Positions 59,221 to 64,000 of a stretch of DNA of 64,000 nt are shown here, piece by piece. A program made the translations under genes and the position numbers. Under the pieces are notes generated by a model. It was not told where the DNA came from. It was given only the letters and a program-made list of their open reading frames with translations, and did not search any database. The stretch is from the human T2T-CHM13v2.0 reference genome, Homo sapiens. Each line of letters begins with the position of its first letter. Position 1 is the first letter of the stretch. The stretch lies in assembly GCF_009914755.1 (NCBI RefSeq), contig NC_060944.1. The stretch is one strand, 5' to 3'.

Positions 59221-61009
59221 ATGAGAACACATGGACGCATGGAGGGGAACAACACATACTGGGATCTGTCAGGGGTCAGGGGAAAAGGAGGGAGTACATC
59301 AGGAAAAATAGCTAATGCAGGCTGGGCTTGACACCTCGATGATGGGTTGATAGGTGCAGCAAACCACCATGGCATGCGTTTACCTATGTAACAAACCTGC
59401 ACATCCTGAATATATACCCCAGAACTTAAAATAAAATTTTAAAAAGAATATGTAGCACCTTTTACACATTGCATACACTCTACACTAAATATTATTGAAC
59501 ATCCCCAGTTACTCTTCTTCTAAATAAAAATATCAGCAACACTTACAGGCTGTAAATGAAGTATTACAATGTTCCTTGAAAAAAAAAGTTCTAAATCCTA
59601 TGATTAAACAATAATTAAATAACCTGAAATAGTTTCATGGTGTTAAAAAAGAAAAAAAAGGAGCTGATGTGAAGTGTTTATTAGCCAGAATGTAATAAAT
59701 CTTTTTTAAATTGAGGATGGGGAGGTATGCGTGCATGTGTGTGTTTATCATGGCTATTAAACTTAATTTGGTGCTCACTGAGTTGTAAAATAAATGAAGA
59801 ATCACTCTACACTCTTTATGTCAGCCAAATGCTGGGAGGCTAAAAATCACTTGAGATCTAGTTGAACAGGTGCACATGGGGGTTTTCTGCCAAAGAGATG
59901 GAGCTGCCAGCAACAAAATTCTATTTCTTTCCCCCAGTTCTAGCTAGAGGAACTGTGTTTGTTGATCCTTGACTTCAGCTCAAAAACAAATGTGGGTTTC
60001 TTGGGGACTGGTCTGGTGAGATGGATGAGTGAGGGGGCTGAATGACATAGACACACATCACACATACACACAGGTGCAGTCTCCTAGGGATGAATCAGGT
60101 GACACCTTACAAGACCTCAGTTCTGCTCCCTTATTTTATCTGTAGAAGAGAGGGCTAGAAGAAAGAAAAAGGAGTATCATTTCCTATAATTTGCTTCAAA
60201 TAGAGCAGCAAATTGTTAGTCATAGTGGAAGGGCATCCATAAATAAAGCTTTCATGAGTGGTTTGTGGCTTCCTTAAGTGTACACACACGTACAAAAATA
60301 GAATATGTATTTTTGTGTTTTTTAAATTTTTGTGTACATACAAAAATATTTCAAAACAGAAGCATGTGTTTATTTTCAGCAAGAAATGAAATATACCTTT
60401 GTTTCTTAATTATGCCTAGGGTTGTCAAGTTGTAAAAGGGTAGACTGAAGCTTCAGATCTTATTCAGTCCAGAAGAATGGGCATGTGTCCTAGTTATTGG
60501 GAAGAAACTTTTGGTCCAGGGCTTGGTTGCCTTAAGGAGCTTTCCCCACCGAAGACTTAGGAGGTTTCAAGCAGAACCAGAATCAATGTTCTTATTAAAG
60601 ACACTGAAAGTGATATCTATGTTGTATAATATGAAGGCCACCTTTCCCCAAATATTCAAAGCACCATTGCTTTATTTCTGTTGGTTAATCTCTTTGGATA
60701 GGTACACTTCTTCCTTAAATTCCTCTTTTAAAATGCAAATGCCCACAGGAAAACATAATACATCATGGCACAAGTTAGTTTTACAGATCCACTTTCTCCC
60801 TCCCTGAGGTCAAATGGAAGAGTGAAATCAAAGTGAGAAAATGTTGACAGAGAAAGGAGATAGGCTATTGGGTCACTCATGTCTCTGCTTCAGTTTGTGT
60901 AAGTCTGGCTCAAGGCTATCTAAGCTAGCTGTTAGCTGCCCAACAACTTTGCCCAGTTTTAAAGTTTATTAATAATCATTGAAGCTATTAGTATGCAAAC
61001 CATCCAGCA

Positions 61010-62015
61010 AAAGAACTCAACAGATAAATAGCAAAGTCGAGCTATCTCTCCAAGTTTGTTGAATTTCCATCCAGACCCTTTGTCTCAGTCATTGTCACTC
61101 TACTGTAGCTTTCCAAAAGGCTTCCCCACGTTGATTTTCCCCACAACTCCCACACATTTTCACAATGCAGCCAGAGTGATTTGGTTTTCCAAGATGAAAA
61201 TCTGACCTAGTTAGCTCTCTGCTTAAAACTCTTCAGTGCTTTGTATTGTCCATATAATAGGGTCCAAACTCCTAAATGGCCCACAGGCCTGACAGGGGAA
61301 AGCTCCCCCAGCCTCCGCCAGCATGGCATCTCCCTCTTCCACCTGCTTCCCAAGAACTCTCCTTCAAAAGCTCTTTGAAGTCCCCACTTCTTTCTTCACC
61401 TACTCATCCTTAAGATCCAAGTCTTACTCCCTCAGAGAATACTTCCTGATTTCTCCAATTAGATCAAAATGAGCTATAAATAGTAAGCATTCTTTGATAC
61501 TACATTTTTCTCCTTAACGATAACCTCCAAAGTTGAAATTGCCCATTGGTTTTATGTGTTATTTGGTTAATGCCCATCTCCCCAACTATATTGTAAATGG
61601 CAAATGAGCAGGAAGAAAGGCTGTTTCATTAACTCTAGATGCCTAATTAGCCTACATTTCCCAGCCTCCTTTTTAGTTAGGTATGGCCATATGCCAGGGT
61701 TATGACCAACGGAATGTGGACAGAGGGAATGTGGATCATTTCAAGAACAGACCCATATGAAATTTGCATGTGTAATGCTCCATATTATTTTTTCTTAAAT
61801 TGACTGGAACATAAAAAAGGATAAAGACTTTGGAAGCCCTGTTTTGAAGACAGGGGTACCAAAAGGCAGAAAAAGCCTGAGTCACAAACAGAAGGACATT
61901 TACCCAAACTATTCGGGAATTTTTCATAGATGGAAGCATTGCTCTAATAAAACACAATTCTATTATCCATGGCTAGCATAGTGTCTAAAACATAGTAGAT
62001 ATTCAACAAATGAAA
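61010..62015 (+). mobile_element. L2 remnant with an MLT1-like LTR inserted at about 61640-61970
   Basis: cacaatgcagccagagtgat...ctctgcttaaaactcttcagtg; MLT1 ctacatttcccagcctcc...ggtatggccatatg; L2 end catagtagatattcaacaaatg. Confidence 0.65.
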
Positions 62016-62194
62016 GCATTGGTTCTTGGTATGTGGGAAATTCTTTGTACTTGGTAGAGGCAACTGGGTGTCTGCATTTGATCAGGATTTTGGGGAACAA
62101 TGCCATTTTTCTATGATTATCTGAAGAAGAATGGAAGATGCATAGCTACCAAGGAGAGACTAAGATTTCACATAACAAAACATGACTGATTCTT

Positions 62195-62564
<370 letters not shown>

Positions 62565-62669
62565 TCAACCAAGTATTAAAACACTAGTTCAAGTACCCGA
62601 GATTTCCATCTGAGCCCGGTTGGAAACTTCTGTGAGACATATCAAAGAAGAATGGAAGCAGATTCTGCA

Positions 62670-62830
62670 GAGCTGGGCAGACCTGTATGTGACTTAGTCT
62701 ATTCCAAGTTTGGGCTGTGTCACCTTGAGAAAGACCTATGATCACTTCAAGCTTCAGTTCATCCTCTGTAAAATGAGAACAATAACAAAAAGAGTACTGG
62801 ATGTAATATGTATAAAGCATTTGTCAGAGA
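62670..62830 (+). mobile_element. MIR remnant
   Basis: ttcagttcatcctctgtaaaatgagaacaataac. Confidence 0.6.
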
Positions 62831-63239
62831 AGGGACATTTTGGGAACTCAAGCTATGGTACTGATGATGATCGTGGTGCCAGTTGACAGCAGCAGCATCT
62901 CTGGGAGCCACTGTGAAAATAAATGAGCATTAATGTCTTGGGCTAGAGAGTTGATGAGTCAAATGGTGCAGTTTGGTAGGCTTGTCTGAACTCTTCACTA
63001 AAGAGAAGTCACCAGGCTGAGGTCACCTTTTTAAAAGTACTTTTCCATGATGACAAAAGAAATTTTTACTGCATATTTTTAAACATTTGAATATAAAGAG
63101 GAAAATAAAATTCTCACTATCAAAAGAAAATTGATATTAAAATTTTAGTGCATCTATGTCAAGACTTTGCATCTCTACTTAGAAATACTTATAAAATATA
63201 AACCTGATTGTACATGTGAAATTACAGTTTAATTCTTCA

Positions 63240-63465
63240 GAAACTGGCCCTGACGCTAGATTTCCTGTATTTTCATTTTAGCCTCACAATCACTGTAGGC
63301 AATTTACCGCAGCTTTCTAAATCTGAGTATTTTTTTTTCTGTAAATTGTAGCAAATAATAGTCCCAACTTCATAAGTTTGCTAGGTCAATTAAATGATGA
63401 AATATATGGAATGTGCTTAGAATACTTTCTGACACAACAAAAGCATTACATAAAGGTTAGCAATA
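63240..63465 (+). mobile_element. MIR remnant
   Basis: ctgtaaattgtagcaaataatagtcccaacttcataag...gtgcttagaatac. Confidence 0.6.
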
Positions 63466-63659
63466 ATGATAACTATAATAATTAAGTGATGATAATGATA
63501 TGTATGTGTTTCTCTGTAGAAATAAATGCAAAAAGGATAACAAAAGATAACACAGCAGCATTTTATTTTGAACATGGACTTTGATTTCATATTCAAATAT
63601 ATGAATACTTCAATGAGTGAGTTTAAATCTATAGAAAATTACTTGATTCTTTCACAGTT

Positions 63660-64000
63660 TCAGTTTTGAAGTCTATTCTAGATTTGTTTTACTCTACTTC
63701 ACCAATTTGGTCTATGTATTCCTGAAACCAGTACCACATCCTTTAAAAGGTTTTTTTGCTTTATTTTGACTACTTGGCTAAGCACATTAATTATTCAGCT
63801 TTTCCAAAATATTTTTGGAATTAATATCTTTTCATTATCACAAATAAATTTTAGAATTTTTATATCACATTTTAATCTGTTTTGGTATTTTTTTGTAATT
63901 GCACTATCTTTTAGAAGTATTTTGGGAGGAATTATAAACTTTATGATATTGTCTTTTCTTGTAAAACCTGGTTCGTGTCTTCATTTATTCAGTTCTCCTT
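63660..64000 (-). mobile_element. Old L1M ORF2 fragment (antisense), runs off the window
   Basis: ccagtaccacatc; aaattttagaatt; gtcttcatttattcagttct, typical of antisense L1 ORF2. Confidence 0.55.

Overview
Primate (very likely human/hominoid, given AluY and AluYd copies) non-coding genomic DNA, AT-rich and dominated by interspersed repeats. I can recognise no host protein-coding exon, RNA gene or CRISPR-like structure. The long ORFs in the track are LINE-1 ORF1/ORF2 debris, Alu/LTR read-through or GC-rich chance frames. Landmarks: (1) one CpG island with promoter-type motifs at about 12.14-12.78 kb; (2) a near-full-length but dead L1PA element (53385-59444, 13-bp TSD); (3) an old L1M element (about 29.4-36.1 kb) carrying four nested Alus and an intact solo LTR2B (HERV-E); (4) 15 Alu/FLAM copies and many MaLR, ERVL, DNA-transposon, L2 and MIR relics. 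The most unusual signals not explained by repeat annotation are short, locally templated copies: a 64-bp direct repeat bracketing the CpG island (11646-11709 / 13788-13851) and a 136-bp piece of L1ME pasted into an MLT1 LTR 2.4 kb away (45919-46059 to 48313-48448). There is also a consensus FXR-type IR-1 site next to a CTCF-like motif at about 2.0 kb. I did not find evidence for a new multi-gene system. Subfamily names come from recalled consensus sequences, and boundaries of old repeats are approximate.
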